From the NCBI GenBank assembly GCA_012838945.1, contig DUOG01000083.1, forward strand, positions 16,072-80,071: a stretch of DNA of 64,000 bases, written 5' to 3'. The DNA is from Acholeplasmataceae bacterium. GTDB taxonomy: Bacteria > Bacillota_I > Bacilli_A > ML615J-28 > CAG-313. The notes under the pieces were generated by a model. It was not told the DNA's origin. It made no database searches and saw only the letters and a list, made by a program, of their open reading frames with translations. The position numbers were made by a program, and so were the translations under genes. Position 1 is the first letter of the stretch. Each line of letters opens with the position of its first letter. Shown here one piece after another: positions 47,058 through 61,981 of this stretch.

Positions 47058-48389
47058 TTATTTGCCAGATACCATTAATGATTTAACTTTAATACTAGGG
47101 GCTCCAACACCCATAAGATTCTTTATTAAGTCATTTCCTACTATTTCAACTTCATTAAGCATTTCGAAGAAGTTTCCAGAAACAACGATTAAAGTAACTG
47201 GTTGTGTCTTTTTGCCATTTTCAATTAAGTAGCCCGTTGCTTGTAAGTTAAATGCTCCTGAAATAGGATTCAATCCTGAGTGGAGTCCAGCACATTTAGT
47301 GATAAAGAGACCTTTTTCAACACCTGCGATCATCTCATCTAAACTTTGATTTCCTGGTTTAAGATAAAGGTTAGTTGGGCTAACACCAATCGGAGAAGTT
47401 AAACCAGCTTTAAAACCATTACCAGTAGATTTTGTTTGATGATAACGTGCTGTTTTTAAGTTATGTAAGAAACTCTTGAAAACACCATTTTCCACTAGAG
47501 TTGTTTCTTCACATGGATATCCTTCATCATCAAAACTACGTTTAATTAATGATTCTTCATAGAAAGGATTGTCAACAATATTAATGTTGTCACCAAATAC
47601 TTTTTCACCAAGACGATCTTTTAATTGGGTCATATTGCGCATGGCACTTTCACCAGAAAAAACACTTGAGAATGCTTCTAAAATCTCGCTAAAAACATCA
47701 TTTCTTAAAACTACTGGATAAACTCCTGATGGGATTGGTTTACCGCCAAGTTCACCAAGAGCATCTTCGGTAGCTTCTTTAATGATTCGTTCAGTTTCAA
47801 GATCCTTAAATTTTGTTTTTATATCATAAGAATAGCCAGCAGCGGTCTCGTCTTGTTCTGCTGCTACTACACCAGAAAACAAATGAATATATGAATAAGA
47901 ATCACTTAAGTTTAAACCTTTAGAGTTAATGATTTTTACATCAACTTCTCTTTCTGAATATTGACAATAACCTACATCTCTAATTTTAGGATCAGCATTT
48001 AGCAATGATTTCTCAAGATTTTTTAATAATTCAACTTTTTCTGGAGTTGAGTAATCATCATAATTGGCTCTTTCATTACTAACGACAGGGTATTCTTCAA
48101 CACCTTCAAAAATTATATCAATTTCTTTTGCGTTAGTAGTTTGAGCATTGTCAATTAATTTCTTAAGGGCATAATCAATTGCTTCTTCACTAAAATCTTC
48201 GCTCATAGCATAGCCAATTTGTCCGTTGTATAGACCGCGAATTGAGATGCCACCATCATTGGAAATTTGACTTGATTCAACTTCACCATGGAATAATTTG
48301 ATGACCATTCCGCGGGCATTGCGTACATATAATTCAATTTCAGTGATTCCTAATTTCAAACCTTTTTCTATAATGCTTTGATAATCCAT
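47058..48389 (-). CDS. pmbA: Metalloprotease TldE/PmbA family protein
   Basis: 443 aa. TldD/PmbA fold pattern. Paired immediately downstream of the tldD homolog. Confidence 0.65.
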   Translation of the reverse strand: MDYQSIIEKGLKLGITEIELYVRNARGMVIKLFHGEVESSQISNDGGISIRGLYNGQIGYAMSEDFSEEAIDYALKKLIDNAQTTNAKEIDIIFEGVEEYPVVSNERANYDDYSTPEKVELLKNLEKSLLNADPKIRDVGYCQYSEREVDVKIINSKGLNLSDSYSYIHLFSGVVAAEQDETAAGYSYDIKTKFKDLETERIIKEATEDALGELGGKPIPSGVYPVVLRNDVFSEILEAFSSVFSGESAMRNMTQLKDRLGEKVFGDNINIVDNPFYEESLIKRSFDDEGYPCEETTLVENGVFKSFLHNLKTARYHQTKSTGNGFKAGLTSPIGVSPTNLYLKPGNQSLDEMIAGVEKGLFITKCAGLHSGLNPISGAFNLQATGYLIENGKKTQPVTLIVVSGNFFEMLNEVEIVGNDLIKNLMGVGAPSIKVKSLMVSGK

Positions 48390-48391
48390 TA

Positions 48392-49780
48392 TTACTTGCC
48401 TCCCTTTCCGCCAACAGTCATCATTGATACTCTAATAGTTGGTTGGCCGACGTTAACTGGAAGTGATCCACTGACTGATCCACACATACCATGACCAAAA
48501 CTTAAGTTATCTGCAATCATATCAATGCGTTTTAAGACATCTTTTCCTGAACCAACAAGGGTTGCACCACGAACTGGTTTGGTAATTTTTCCGTTTTCGA
48601 CCATATAACCTTCATTAACCGCAAAATTAAATTCTCCAGTAGAAGGGTTAACACTACCGCCACCCATCTTCTTCGCGAAGAAACCATATTCAGTATTTTT
48701 AATAATTTCTTCAAAAGTAGCGTTGCCGTTAATAAAGAATGTATTTGTCATTCTTGAAGTAGGTGAGAATTTATATGATTGACGACGAGCACTACCTGTA
48801 ATAGCGGCATTCATCTTCTTACCATTTCTCTTATCAACCATATAAGATTTTAAGATACCATTTTCAATTAAGACATTTCTTTGGGTTGGAGTTCCTTCAT
48901 CATCAACATTTAATGAACCCCAAGCGTTATCGATTGTTCCATCATCAACGGCTGTTACGATGTCACTAGCTATTTTCTCACCAATTTTACCAGTGAAAAC
49001 TGATAAACCTTTAGCTACTGAAGTTGCTTCTAAAGAGTGTCCACAAGCCTCATGGAGGATTACCCCGCCAAAGGCATTATGAATGATAACTGGTAACTCT
49101 TGACCAACCATTTCATCAGCGTGGAGCATCGTTACCGCAACCTTTGCTGTTTCTTCACCAAACTTGTATGAATCAAAATTATCAAACATTTCCATACCTT
49201 GGTTGAAACCATAGTTGTCACTAGCAGTTTGCATAACCTTACCATCGGAAGCAACAACATTAATCAATGCACGAGTATTAACTCGGCGATCGGTTGCCCA
49301 TGTGCCATCAGAAGCAAAGACTAAGATGTCTTGAGTCTTATCAGTTAAGATTGCTACTGATTGAACTATTTCTTTTGAGTACTCAAGGGCACCTTCATTC
49401 ATTTTCATCAAAATGTTAACTTTATTTTCATTCTTTTCGGTAGAAGGTTCTACCTTAACTGGATGACGGTTTTCATAAAGTGTTTCTTTAAATGGTGCTA
49501 CATCAGTTGTTTTACTACCGTCAAAACTACTAGCTAGCTCAGCAGCTAACTTTTCAATACTAGCAATGCTCTTATCATTAGTATAACCAAATACTTCTTT
49601 AAAATCTTTAATAATACGAACTGATACACCGCTAATAACTTGCGTTAAGGCTTTGGTAACTTCGCGAGAAGTTATTTCAAGGACGTTGCTTATGGTAGTC
49701 TCCATAAAGACTTCAGCAAAATCTCCACCAGTAGCAAGAGCAGTCTCTAAAATTCGTCTTGCGTCTTGTTTAGTCATCAT
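48392..49780 (-). CDS. tldD: Metalloprotease TldD
   Basis: HExxxH motif ILHEACGHSLEA. Gly-rich C-terminal region. Likely start MMTKQDARRILETA (49780); the longer ORF to 49969 would overlap cls. Confidence 0.75.
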   Translation of the reverse strand: MMTKQDARRILETALATGGDFAEVFMETTISNVLEITSREVTKALTQVISGVSVRIIKDFKEVFGYTNDKSIASIEKLAAELASSFDGSKTTDVAPFKETLYENRHPVKVEPSTEKNENKVNILMKMNEGALEYSKEIVQSVAILTDKTQDILVFASDGTWATDRRVNTRALINVVASDGKVMQTASDNYGFNQGMEMFDNFDSYKFGEETAKVAVTMLHADEMVGQELPVIIHNAFGGVILHEACGHSLEATSVAKGLSVFTGKIGEKIASDIVTAVDDGTIDNAWGSLNVDDEGTPTQRNVLIENGILKSYMVDKRNGKKMNAAITGSARRQSYKFSPTSRMTNTFFINGNATFEEIIKNTEYGFFAKKMGGGSVNPSTGEFNFAVNEGYMVENGKITKPVRGATLVGSGKDVLKRIDMIADNLSFGHGMCGSVSGSLPVNVGQPTIRVSMMTVGGKGGK

Positions 49781-49802
49781 TTTTATCACATCACTTTCAT
49801 TT

Positions 49803-51344
49803 TTATAATATAGGACTAAATAGATTAATAAATCCTTGCAATATTTTAACAAAAATTGGTCGTTTGCGCCACTCATTAAGTAAAATTTCATTTGACCGAT
49901 TTCGATCTTCATAAAAATCATAAACCAATTGATCAACACTACTATCACGAATAATAGCTGTAGCTTCAAAGTTTAAGTTAAAACTACGGGGGTCAAAGTT
50001 CACGGTTCCAACGGATGCAAGATAATCATCAATTATCATTACTTTGGAATGAATAAAGACATTTTTATATTCATAAATCCTTACTCCCGTTTCAAGCAAC
50101 ACATCATAATATGATTTGGTAGCTAAATTCATGAAAACTTTATCCGGTTTTCCTGGAACAATTATTTCCACGATTACTCCAGATTTTGCAGCATTTTTTA
50201 ATGCTTGCAACATTTCTGGTTCCAAAATTAAATAAGGTGTTTGAATCTTGATACTTCGTTTGGCACTATTAATCATCTTAAAGTAGATATCTTTAATAAT
50301 CATGTTTTCATAATCTGGACCAGATTCCACTACCATAAATTCTCCTGGATGATAGATATCTTCCTGTACTTCTTCCTCAGTTTCTGGCCAGGTTCCGGTT
50401 GCATAATACCAATCTTTTAAAAAGATATTTTTTAAACCAATAACCCCTTTCCCTTCAACTAAGAGGTGAGTGTCGCGCCAAAAACCAAATCTATTGCTTA
50501 AATGGTTGTACTCATTAGCTAAATTCATACCCCCAATAAATCCGTACTTACCATCGATGACGGTAACTTTTCGATGATTTCTAAAATTGAGTCGATTCAA
50601 AATATTAATAACTCTAATGCCTTGAATACAATCAAATTCAATCACCTTAACTCCAGCGGCTTTTAAAGACTTCATATATTTTCTACTAAGTCGAAAATTA
50701 TTTGATCCAAAGGAATCATACATCAAACGAACATCTAAACCTTCCAGAGCCTTTTCTTTTAAAATATCTAAGACTTCTCGTCCCATTTGATCAGTCTTAA
50801 TAATATAAAAGGTCATATAAATATATTTTTTAGCTTGACGCAAAGCTTCCTTTAAAGCGGGAAACATTTGATCACCGTTTGTTAGCACTTGTGTCTTCGT
50901 ATTATTTTGATAAAGTGATCTTCCGCTTACATTTAAGCTAAACCTAAAGATATCATTTAAATAGTTATCATCTAATGTAAAGGGTAAATTAGGTTCATAT
51001 TTCAAATATTCCTTACTAGCGAGCATTGGTCTTTTTTCATCCAATATTTTTGTTTTAAAGTCTCGTGCAAAAAAGAAATAAAGGATAATTCCCCAACCAG
51101 GAAGTAAAAAGGTAATAAAAAGCCATAATGTTTTACTATAACTGTAATTATGATTAAGGAGTAAAACAATCCACATGAGAATAGTTAAGAAAATCGTTAT
51201 GTAATGCCAAATGAGGAGGATTCTTGTTGTACCTAAATCAATAATATCAAGTCGATTTAAAAGCAAAGCAATAATTGTAAAAGCAATTAATACAATAAAT
51301 ATCGATAAAATAAAAAAGAACTTTTTCTTTTTCATCTTCTTCAC
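49803..51344 (-). CDS. cls: Cardiolipin synthase
   Basis: 513 aa. Two N-terminal TM helices. Two HKD motifs (NHRKVTVIDGKYGFIGGMN and FIHSKVMIIDDYLASVGTVN). Confidence 0.85.
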   Translation of the reverse strand: MKKMKKKKFFFILSIFIVLIAFTIIALLLNRLDIIDLGTTRILLIWHYITIFLTILMWIVLLLNHNYSYSKTLWLFITFLLPGWGIILYFFFARDFKTKILDEKRPMLASKEYLKYEPNLPFTLDDNYLNDIFRFSLNVSGRSLYQNNTKTQVLTNGDQMFPALKEALRQAKKYIYMTFYIIKTDQMGREVLDILKEKALEGLDVRLMYDSFGSNNFRLSRKYMKSLKAAGVKVIEFDCIQGIRVINILNRLNFRNHRKVTVIDGKYGFIGGMNLANEYNHLSNRFGFWRDTHLLVEGKGVIGLKNIFLKDWYYATGTWPETEEEVQEDIYHPGEFMVVESGPDYENMIIKDIYFKMINSAKRSIKIQTPYLILEPEMLQALKNAAKSGVIVEIIVPGKPDKVFMNLATKSYYDVLLETGVRIYEYKNVFIHSKVMIIDDYLASVGTVNFDPRSFNLNFEATAIIRDSSVDQLVYDFYEDRNRSNEILLNEWRKRPIFVKILQGFINLFSPIL

Positions 51345-51472
51345 TCCTTTGCACTATTATAGTCTACCACAATTTACCGTACTTTAAAAGTAAATTGAAT
51401 GCAAAAGAATATCAAATCAATTGTCAAAGAATAGTTAGTAAGTTATAATGTAATAATAAGGAGGTAATTGAA

Positions 51473-51805
51473 ATGAAACTTTTTAAATGTTCTGTATGTA
51501 ATCTAATAATTGAAGGCGAACACGCCCCTGACAAATGCCCTAAATGTGGTATGCCAGCTGAAAAATTTAATGAGTTAACCCCTGAACAAGCAAAGAAAAT
51601 TTATGATGCTGATGAAACTAATACTTTATTAGCAACTCTTATTGAAACTGCTGATGAATTAATTAAAGTTTGCCACCGTGGGCTTGAAATCAAGTTAGAC
51701 CCCGGATGTGTTGGCGTATTTGAAAAAGCCAAAGATGCACTTTGGTTAATGAAACAACTAGCAAAAGCTGAAATTGAAACTCACGTTAAACGTGACAAAT
51801 GGTAA
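51473..51805 (+). CDS. Rubredoxin-like zinc-ribbon protein, hypothetical
   Basis: 110 aa. N-terminal CSVC...CPKC zinc ribbon followed by a helical domain. Confidence 0.4.
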   Translation: MKLFKCSVCNLIIEGEHAPDKCPKCGMPAEKFNELTPEQAKKIYDADETNTLLATLIETADELIKVCHRGLEIKLDPGCVGVFEKAKDALWLMKQLAKAEIETHVKRDKW

Positions 51806-51819
51806 TATGAACATTAAAC

Positions 51820-51880
51820 TACTTTGAATCTTCAAAGTAGTTTTTTTATAAAAAAATAACTGTCAATGACAGTTATAATT
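51820..51880. terminator. Two back-to-back terminator hairpins between convergent genes
   Basis: aaactactttgaatcttcaaagtagttttttt and aactgtcaatgacagtt with flanking T/A runs. Confidence 0.7.
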
Positions 51881-52115
51881 ATAACATATTAAACAAATTA
51901 TCATTTACTCCATTTTTCATTATATCTCTGACAATTTGATTTTCTTGATATTTATCAATTGGTCTATTAGCCAGTTTGTAGACATCACGAATTACCTTTC
52001 TAATGCTGTTTTCATCGGTTAAATCCATATCTTTAATCTTGTCGACTAACGCAAACACATCTTCTGGATTGATATTGTTTTGCGCAATGAAATTAAATGC
52101 CTTATTAATATTCAT
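51879..52115 (-). CDS. Small protein, possibly stage VI sporulation protein F (SpoVIF)-like
   Basis: 78 aa. Pattern NPEDVFALVDKIKDMDLTDENSIRKVIRDVYKLANRPIDKYQENQIVRDI matches my recollection of the SpoVIF family (PEDIF.LA..V...DL.DE...R.LI..V..LAN.P..K..E..IV). Confidence 0.35.
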   Translation of the reverse strand: MNINKAFNFIAQNNINPEDVFALVDKIKDMDLTDENSIRKVIRDVYKLANRPIDKYQENQIVRDIMKNGVNDNLFNML

Positions 52116-52175
52116 TTTTTCACCTCAATATAATGTATGACAAATGTCTCATTTGGTGCTATTTTTTAAATACAA

Positions 52176-52727
52176 TTACCTAATGATATTGGTGAAAAGG
52201 CTATTGAAAAAACTATAGAGAACAACCAAAATTAAACTGACTAAAATAACCTTAAAATAGTTTCCTGAATCGCGATTTTTGATAGTAACGATACCTAAAT
52301 TAACTAATGACATTTTTACTCCTTGATATGTTACATAAATAAGGGCTGGTAATAAAAATAATATTTGTAATAAAATCAATTTAAAGAACGAAAAGAAGCC
52401 AAAAACCGCTTCAGAGCGGATCAAAAGGGTAAAAGTAACCCCCCATATAAATCCTTTAAAAAACGCAATAAAATAATTGACAATGAGTCCAAAACTAACC
52501 ATTCCAGCTATCCAACTGACAAACAGATACCAGTAATTTATCGTAAAAGCATTAATAAATATTTTAACTCGGCTACTAGAAATTCGATCAACCTGAAAGG
52601 TAATATGCTTTAAATCTCCACTAGCCATAAAACCAAAAATAAAGCCGACAACAATGATTACAATAACCGATGTCAAGAGCCGACTATTATATTGATATTT
52701 ACTTTGAAGTTTGGAGATAAAAGACAT
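52176..52727 (-). CDS. Polytopic membrane protein, possibly stage II sporulation protein M (SpoIIM/DUF95)-like
   Basis: 183 aa, 4-5 TM. FFKGFIWG motif resembling the SpoIIM family. Confidence 0.35.
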   Translation of the reverse strand: MSFISKLQSKYQYNSRLLTSVIVIIVVGFIFGFMASGDLKHITFQVDRISSSRVKIFINAFTINYWYLFVSWIAGMVSFGLIVNYFIAFFKGFIWGVTFTLLIRSEAVFGFFSFFKLILLQILFLLPALIYVTYQGVKMSLVNLGIVTIKNRDSGNYFKVILVSLILVVLYSFFNSLFTNIIR

Positions 52728-52793
52728 ATAAATACCTCAATCATAAATTATGGTTGTACACTTTAAATATATGATTAAAAGAGTAATCTTATT

Positions 52794-52820
52794 AAAAGAA
52801 AAAAGTTCCGAAACGGAACT
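52794..52820 (-). terminator. Terminator after gpsA
   Basis: agttccgtttcggaact hairpin with T run on the minus strand. Confidence 0.7.
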
Positions 52821-53823
52821 AATCTTCTGGTTTTAAAGCTTTTAACATAAGCTCATCAATTGCTTCTTTAACTGGCTGTTGATGATAGATAATATTATAC
52901 ACAGCATCAATAATTGGTGTATAAATATTATGCTTTCTAGCCGCTTGGTAAGCAGATAAAGCTGTTCTTGCTCCTTCGACAACCATCGACATACTAGCCA
53001 ATGTTTGTTTCAAGTTCTTTCCTTGAGCAATTTTTACTCCGGCTTGGAAATTGCGGGAATGGAAGGAAGTGGTGGTAACAACTAGGTCACCAAGGCCAGT
53101 TAAACCATAAATGGTTTCTTCCTTAGCACCAAGAGCAACGGCTAAGCGTCTCATCTCACTTAATCCTCTAGTGATTAAAGCCGCTCTAGCGTTGTCGCCA
53201 TATCCTAAACCGTACAGCATCCCAGCTGCCATCGCAAATACGTTCTTAATCGAACCACCAAGTTCGGCTCCGATTAAATCATTAACCGTATATACTCTAA
53301 AGTAAGTGTAATTGCTGAACATTTTTTGAACCCGTTCAGCCATTTCTTGTGAGGTGCTCGCTGCCGCAATCACCGTTAACATTTGGTTAATTACTTCTTC
53401 ACCATGACTTGGGCCGGTTAAAGCAACAAAGCCCAATATTTTATCATTATCGATAACTTCATAAACAATTTCTGAAACTCGTTTATAAGTATCTGGTTCA
53501 ATACCTTTACTAGCATTGACAATTAATTTTGGTTTATCAACTACTTCATTAATTTCTGTAATAACTCCCCGAATTACTTTCGTAGGAACAGATAAGACCA
53601 AAACATCACCAAAGGTAACCGCTTCTTTGATATCAGTTGTTGCCTTTACCGAATCTGGTAATTTTCCAACTGGTAATTTAGCTATATTGGTGTGATATTT
53701 GTTTATTTCTTCGATAGTTGCTTCATCACGATCATAGAGGAGTACTTGGTGATTATTATCACCTAAAATGCGAGCTAACGCACTCCCCCAACTACCAGCA
53801 CCAATGATTGTTACTTTTTCCAT
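52819..53823 (-). CDS. gpsA: NAD(P)H-dependent glycerol-3-phosphate dehydrogenase
   Basis: 334 aa. N-terminal Rossmann motif MEKVTIIGAGSWGSALA. der-gpsA synteny. Confidence 0.9.
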   Translation of the reverse strand: MEKVTIIGAGSWGSALARILGDNNHQVLLYDRDEATIEEINKYHTNIAKLPVGKLPDSVKATTDIKEAVTFGDVLVLSVPTKVIRGVITEINEVVDKPKLIVNASKGIEPDTYKRVSEIVYEVIDNDKILGFVALTGPSHGEEVINQMLTVIAAASTSQEMAERVQKMFSNYTYFRVYTVNDLIGAELGGSIKNVFAMAAGMLYGLGYGDNARAALITRGLSEMRRLAVALGAKEETIYGLTGLGDLVVTTTSFHSRNFQAGVKIAQGKNLKQTLASMSMVVEGARTALSAYQAARKHNIYTPIIDAVYNIIYHQQPVKEAIDELMLKALKPED

Positions 53824-53828
53824 TCAAT

Positions 53829-55151
53829 CTACTCCTTTTTGCGAAGGATAATTCTAATTGGTGTTCCCTCGAAATCAATTGCTGCTCTCAATTGGTTTTC
53901 CAAATATCGCTCATACGAAAAATGCATGAAAGATGGATTATTACAAAAGAGCACAAAAGTTGGTGGAACAGTTTCAACTTGAGTAGCATAATAGATTTTA
54001 ATGCGATCGCCATTAAAGATTGGTGCCTGATTCATAATTGTCGCATCCATAATGATATCATTGATAACATTAGTTGGAACACGGCGATGATAATTTGCAT
54101 ATACTTCTTTTATTTTGTCAAACAACAAATGAATTCTTTGTTTTTTTAATGCTGAGACAAATACAACTGGAGCATATGATAAAAACAAAAATTGATTACG
54201 AATTTTTTCGGTAAACTCATTCATCGTTTTATCATCTTTTTCCACGGCATCCCATTTGTTTACCACAAATATTACCGCTCGATTTGCTTCAACTGCTAAT
54301 CCAGCAATCCGTTTATCTTGCTCTTCAATATCTTTCGTGCCATCTAAGACTACTAAAACAACATCAGAACGTTCTATCGCATTAATAGCCCGAATAACAC
54401 TGTATTTTTCGGCATTTTCATAAATCTTACCTTGTTTTCTAATACCAGCGGTATCAATAACAGTGTAATTCTCACCATCTCGGGTAAATGGCGTATCGAT
54501 AGCGTCTCTAGTAGTGCCTGGAACGTCACTAACTATAACTCGTTCATAACCTAAGATGGCATTAGTTAATGATGATTTACCGACATTCGGTTGACCAATA
54601 ACACAAAAGTTAGTGGTATTTTCATAAGTCTTGATCATCTTGTTTGGTAAATATTCAACAACCTTATCGAGCAAATCACCAATACCAATTCCATGAAGGG
54701 CACTTATTGGAATAATATCTTCAACTCCCAAGTTGTAAAAATCATAGATATTATCGATAAATTTCACATCGTCAATTTTGTTGGCGGCAACAATAATCTT
54801 TTTATTACTGCGAAATAATATATTCACGATATCAGCATCTTGATTCATGACCCCAACTCGACCGTCAACAACAAAAATAATAACATCCGCCTCATCTATA
54901 GCTAGTTCAGCTTGAGCACGAATTTCTTCCATAAAGGGGAGGTTCTTCATTTCAATTCCGCCCGTGTCGATGACCATAAACTCTTGATCGAGCCACTGAC
55001 ATCTTGAATATATACGATCGCGGGTAATACCACTTACATCATCAGTTATCGAAATTTTTTCGCCAACAATGCGGTTAAATAAACTCGACTTTCCGACATT
55101 AGGTCGGCCGACGATTGCTACAATTCCCCTTTTTTTAATCAAATTAATCAC
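53829..55151 (-). CDS. der: GTPase Der (EngA), double G-domain
   Basis: 440 aa. Two P-loops GRPNVGKSSLFN and GQPNVGKSSLTN. C-terminal KH-like domain. Confidence 0.92.
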   Translation of the reverse strand: MINLIKKRGIVAIVGRPNVGKSSLFNRIVGEKISITDDVSGITRDRIYSRCQWLDQEFMVIDTGGIEMKNLPFMEEIRAQAELAIDEADVIIFVVDGRVGVMNQDADIVNILFRSNKKIIVAANKIDDVKFIDNIYDFYNLGVEDIIPISALHGIGIGDLLDKVVEYLPNKMIKTYENTTNFCVIGQPNVGKSSLTNAILGYERVIVSDVPGTTRDAIDTPFTRDGENYTVIDTAGIRKQGKIYENAEKYSVIRAINAIERSDVVLVVLDGTKDIEEQDKRIAGLAVEANRAVIFVVNKWDAVEKDDKTMNEFTEKIRNQFLFLSYAPVVFVSALKKQRIHLLFDKIKEVYANYHRRVPTNVINDIIMDATIMNQAPIFNGDRIKIYYATQVETVPPTFVLFCNNPSFMHFSYERYLENQLRAAIDFEGTPIRIILRKKE

Positions 55152-55161
55152 CTATTATTTT

Positions 55162-57216
55162 CTATTTAAATTCTTTTAATTTATCTCCAAGTAAATCTGC
55201 GATTGTTGTCGTTGGAATACTCTCTGCTTGTTCTTTGAAGTATTGATTGAAAGTTTCACGTTCTTTAGCATATTGATAAGATTTAGCACTAACAACTAAA
55301 CGAGCTCTTAGTGGTTCAAATGTTTTTACTAAAACATTGATTTCATCATCAATATTTAATACTTCTTCTGGTTTAGAAATTCTTTTTTCATTTGTAATTT
55401 CCGCGATTGGTAAAAAGCCCATAACGTCTTTATAAGAAACTTGTGCACCTGCTTGATTGAAGCCGACAACTTTAACTTTGATTGCGTCGCCAACATTAAG
55501 TTTGATGTTGCCCCAAGTATTTTCTTTTGTTTCGCGGTGAGATAGAGTAATACGACGAGCTTTATTATCAATATTGATAACCTTAACTTTTATCGTATCT
55601 CCAACTTCATATTGACCTTCTAATCTTTCAGTTATTAGCCAAGAATATTCACGAGCTGGCATTAATCCAGAAACTTCTTCTGTCATTTTAATAATTAAAC
55701 CAGCATCAATAATTTTAACGATTTCACCGTCAAAAATATCGCCTACTTGATATTTTTCTGTTAAATCATCCCATGGATGTTTAACAAGAGCTTTCATTGA
55801 TAGTCCAATTTTGTTATCTGCTAAGTTGATGATTTTAACTTTTACGATATCACCAATACTTAAATAATCTCCTACATTGCGTACTCGTTTATGAGTAATT
55901 TCAGTACGATGTAATAATCCGGTAACTTTGCCGATGTCGATAATAGCACCAAAATCTTTAAGGTCTACTACCTTACCTTCGACAACCATACCAACTTCTA
56001 AATTACTGTAAGCTTCTTCTCGCTCTAAACGGGCAGTTTTGTTTGCTGCTATGATTTGAGAAACAGTAACTTGTAATTTGTTAAAATTAACATTTGTAAC
56101 TACTACATCAATAGTAGCCTTTTCTTTTCTTAATTGATGAAGTGCTTTACTATTTAAATAACTTTGTCTTAAAGGTAAATAAACATTAAAGTCATTATAG
56201 TTTAGATAAGCTCCCCGAGAATCAACACGAACAACTTGTGCAGAAATAATTTCTTCTGTTTCTCTTAATTGTTCGAATGTTGGTAATATTTCCAATACCT
56301 TATAAAGTCTTGTCGATAAAATCAATAAAGGTTCCCCGGTTTCCTTATCTTTATCAATTTGTTTAATAAGGGCTTTAAACTCTCCGCCTTCATTATATTG
56401 ATCTGATAATCTTTGTCCTTCCGAATATCCCTCGATGTCATTACTATAAATAACAGCTTTACTGTCACCTACAATTAAATAAAGGGCATCTCTAGTCACA
56501 TTAGTGATTGTCCCCACTACCTCTTGTCCGACAGTTAATTGTAATTCGCTCATTTTCAATAAGCCCCTTTCATTAATTAATAAAACTATAGTGTCGACTA
56601 CTTCATCAATTGTCATGTTCGAAGTGTCGATGACGACCGCGTCGTCTGCTTTTTTTAACGGACTAACTTCTCTAGTTGAATCCTTTAAATCGCGAATCTC
56701 AATTTCTTTTTGAATCTCCGCAATCGTTTGATCAATTCCTTTACTTTTACGTTCTATCATTCGCCTCTTGGCCCGCTCATAGGACGATGCATCTAAATAG
56801 ATCTTTAAGTCCGCATCCGGTAATACAACCGTACCAATATCGCGTCCATCCATCACAACGTCTTTATCTTTACTCATTTTACGTTGATATTGGACTAGAT
56901 AATCCCGCACAAAGGGAATCTTTGAAGGAGTTGATACATTCTCAGTAACTTCAAGAGTTCTTATTTCTTTGGAAACATCTTTTCCATCGAGATAAATACA
57001 ATTATCTTTAAAATTAAAAGTCGTGTCTCTTAAGAAGTCGTATGATTTTGGGTCTTCTAAATCTAATCCTAATTGTAGTGCCTTGTAAGTTACTGCTCGA
57101 TACATTGCTCCGGTGTCAATATAGACAAATCCTAATTTTGAAGCAATCTTTTGAGCAATCGTACTTTTCCCAGCACCAGCGGGTCCGTCGATTGCAATTT
57201 TTATCATTTGTATCAC
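55162..57216 (-). CDS. Fused cytidylate kinase / 30S ribosomal protein S1 (four S1 domains)
   Basis: 684 aa. N-terminal Cmk (IAIDGPAGAGKSTIA, about 220 aa) continuous with four S1 repeats (GQEVVGTITNV, GMVVEGKVVDLKDFGAIIDIG, etc.). No stop separating cmk and rpsA. Confidence 0.85.
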   Translation of the reverse strand: MIQMIKIAIDGPAGAGKSTIAQKIASKLGFVYIDTGAMYRAVTYKALQLGLDLEDPKSYDFLRDTTFNFKDNCIYLDGKDVSKEIRTLEVTENVSTPSKIPFVRDYLVQYQRKMSKDKDVVMDGRDIGTVVLPDADLKIYLDASSYERAKRRMIERKSKGIDQTIAEIQKEIEIRDLKDSTREVSPLKKADDAVVIDTSNMTIDEVVDTIVLLINERGLLKMSELQLTVGQEVVGTITNVTRDALYLIVGDSKAVIYSNDIEGYSEGQRLSDQYNEGGEFKALIKQIDKDKETGEPLLILSTRLYKVLEILPTFEQLRETEEIISAQVVRVDSRGAYLNYNDFNVYLPLRQSYLNSKALHQLRKEKATIDVVVTNVNFNKLQVTVSQIIAANKTARLEREEAYSNLEVGMVVEGKVVDLKDFGAIIDIGKVTGLLHRTEITHKRVRNVGDYLSIGDIVKVKIINLADNKIGLSMKALVKHPWDDLTEKYQVGDIFDGEIVKIIDAGLIIKMTEEVSGLMPAREYSWLITERLEGQYEVGDTIKVKVINIDNKARRITLSHRETKENTWGNIKLNVGDAIKVKVVGFNQAGAQVSYKDVMGFLPIAEITNEKRISKPEEVLNIDDEINVLVKTFEPLRARLVVSAKSYQYAKERETFNQYFKEQAESIPTTTIADLLGDKLKEFK

Positions 57217-57325
57217 CTCAACCGATGTTTATTATAACATATTCAAAAAATAAATACAAAAAAATAATTAATTATATTATTATGTAGTATTTTTGGTAGT
57301 TTTGTTTAAAAAATAACAAAATAAA

Positions 57326-57364
57326 AGATGATTCATGTTATTATGCACCCATAAATCATCTTTT
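57326..57364. terminator. Bidirectional terminator hairpin
   Basis: aaaagatgatt...aatcatctttt symmetric hairpin. Confidence 0.6.
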
Positions 57365-57376
57365 ATAATTGATTAT

Positions 57377-61868
<4,492 letters not shown>

Positions 61869-61981
61869 CTATAATTTTTGCTAAATATAGTCAAAAACAG
61901 TGCAAAGTGTTAATTTTTTATCAATTTCATTGGTTATTTTCGGGTTTTAGCGTATAATACCATATGGTTGAGGTGATTAAT

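Noticed and set aside
49781-49969. Long N-terminal extension of the tldD ORF (start at 49969)
   Set aside because: The extension would overlap the 3' end of cls and encodes a hydrophobic or odd peptide. The conserved TldD N-terminus begins at MMTKQDARRIL (49780).
61964-61981. ATG at 61964 as the plsY start
   Set aside because: It lies about 6 nt downstream of a tataat -10 (61952-61957) with no SD. The in-frame TTG at 61982 has an SD gaggtga and gives the canonical PlsY N-terminus.
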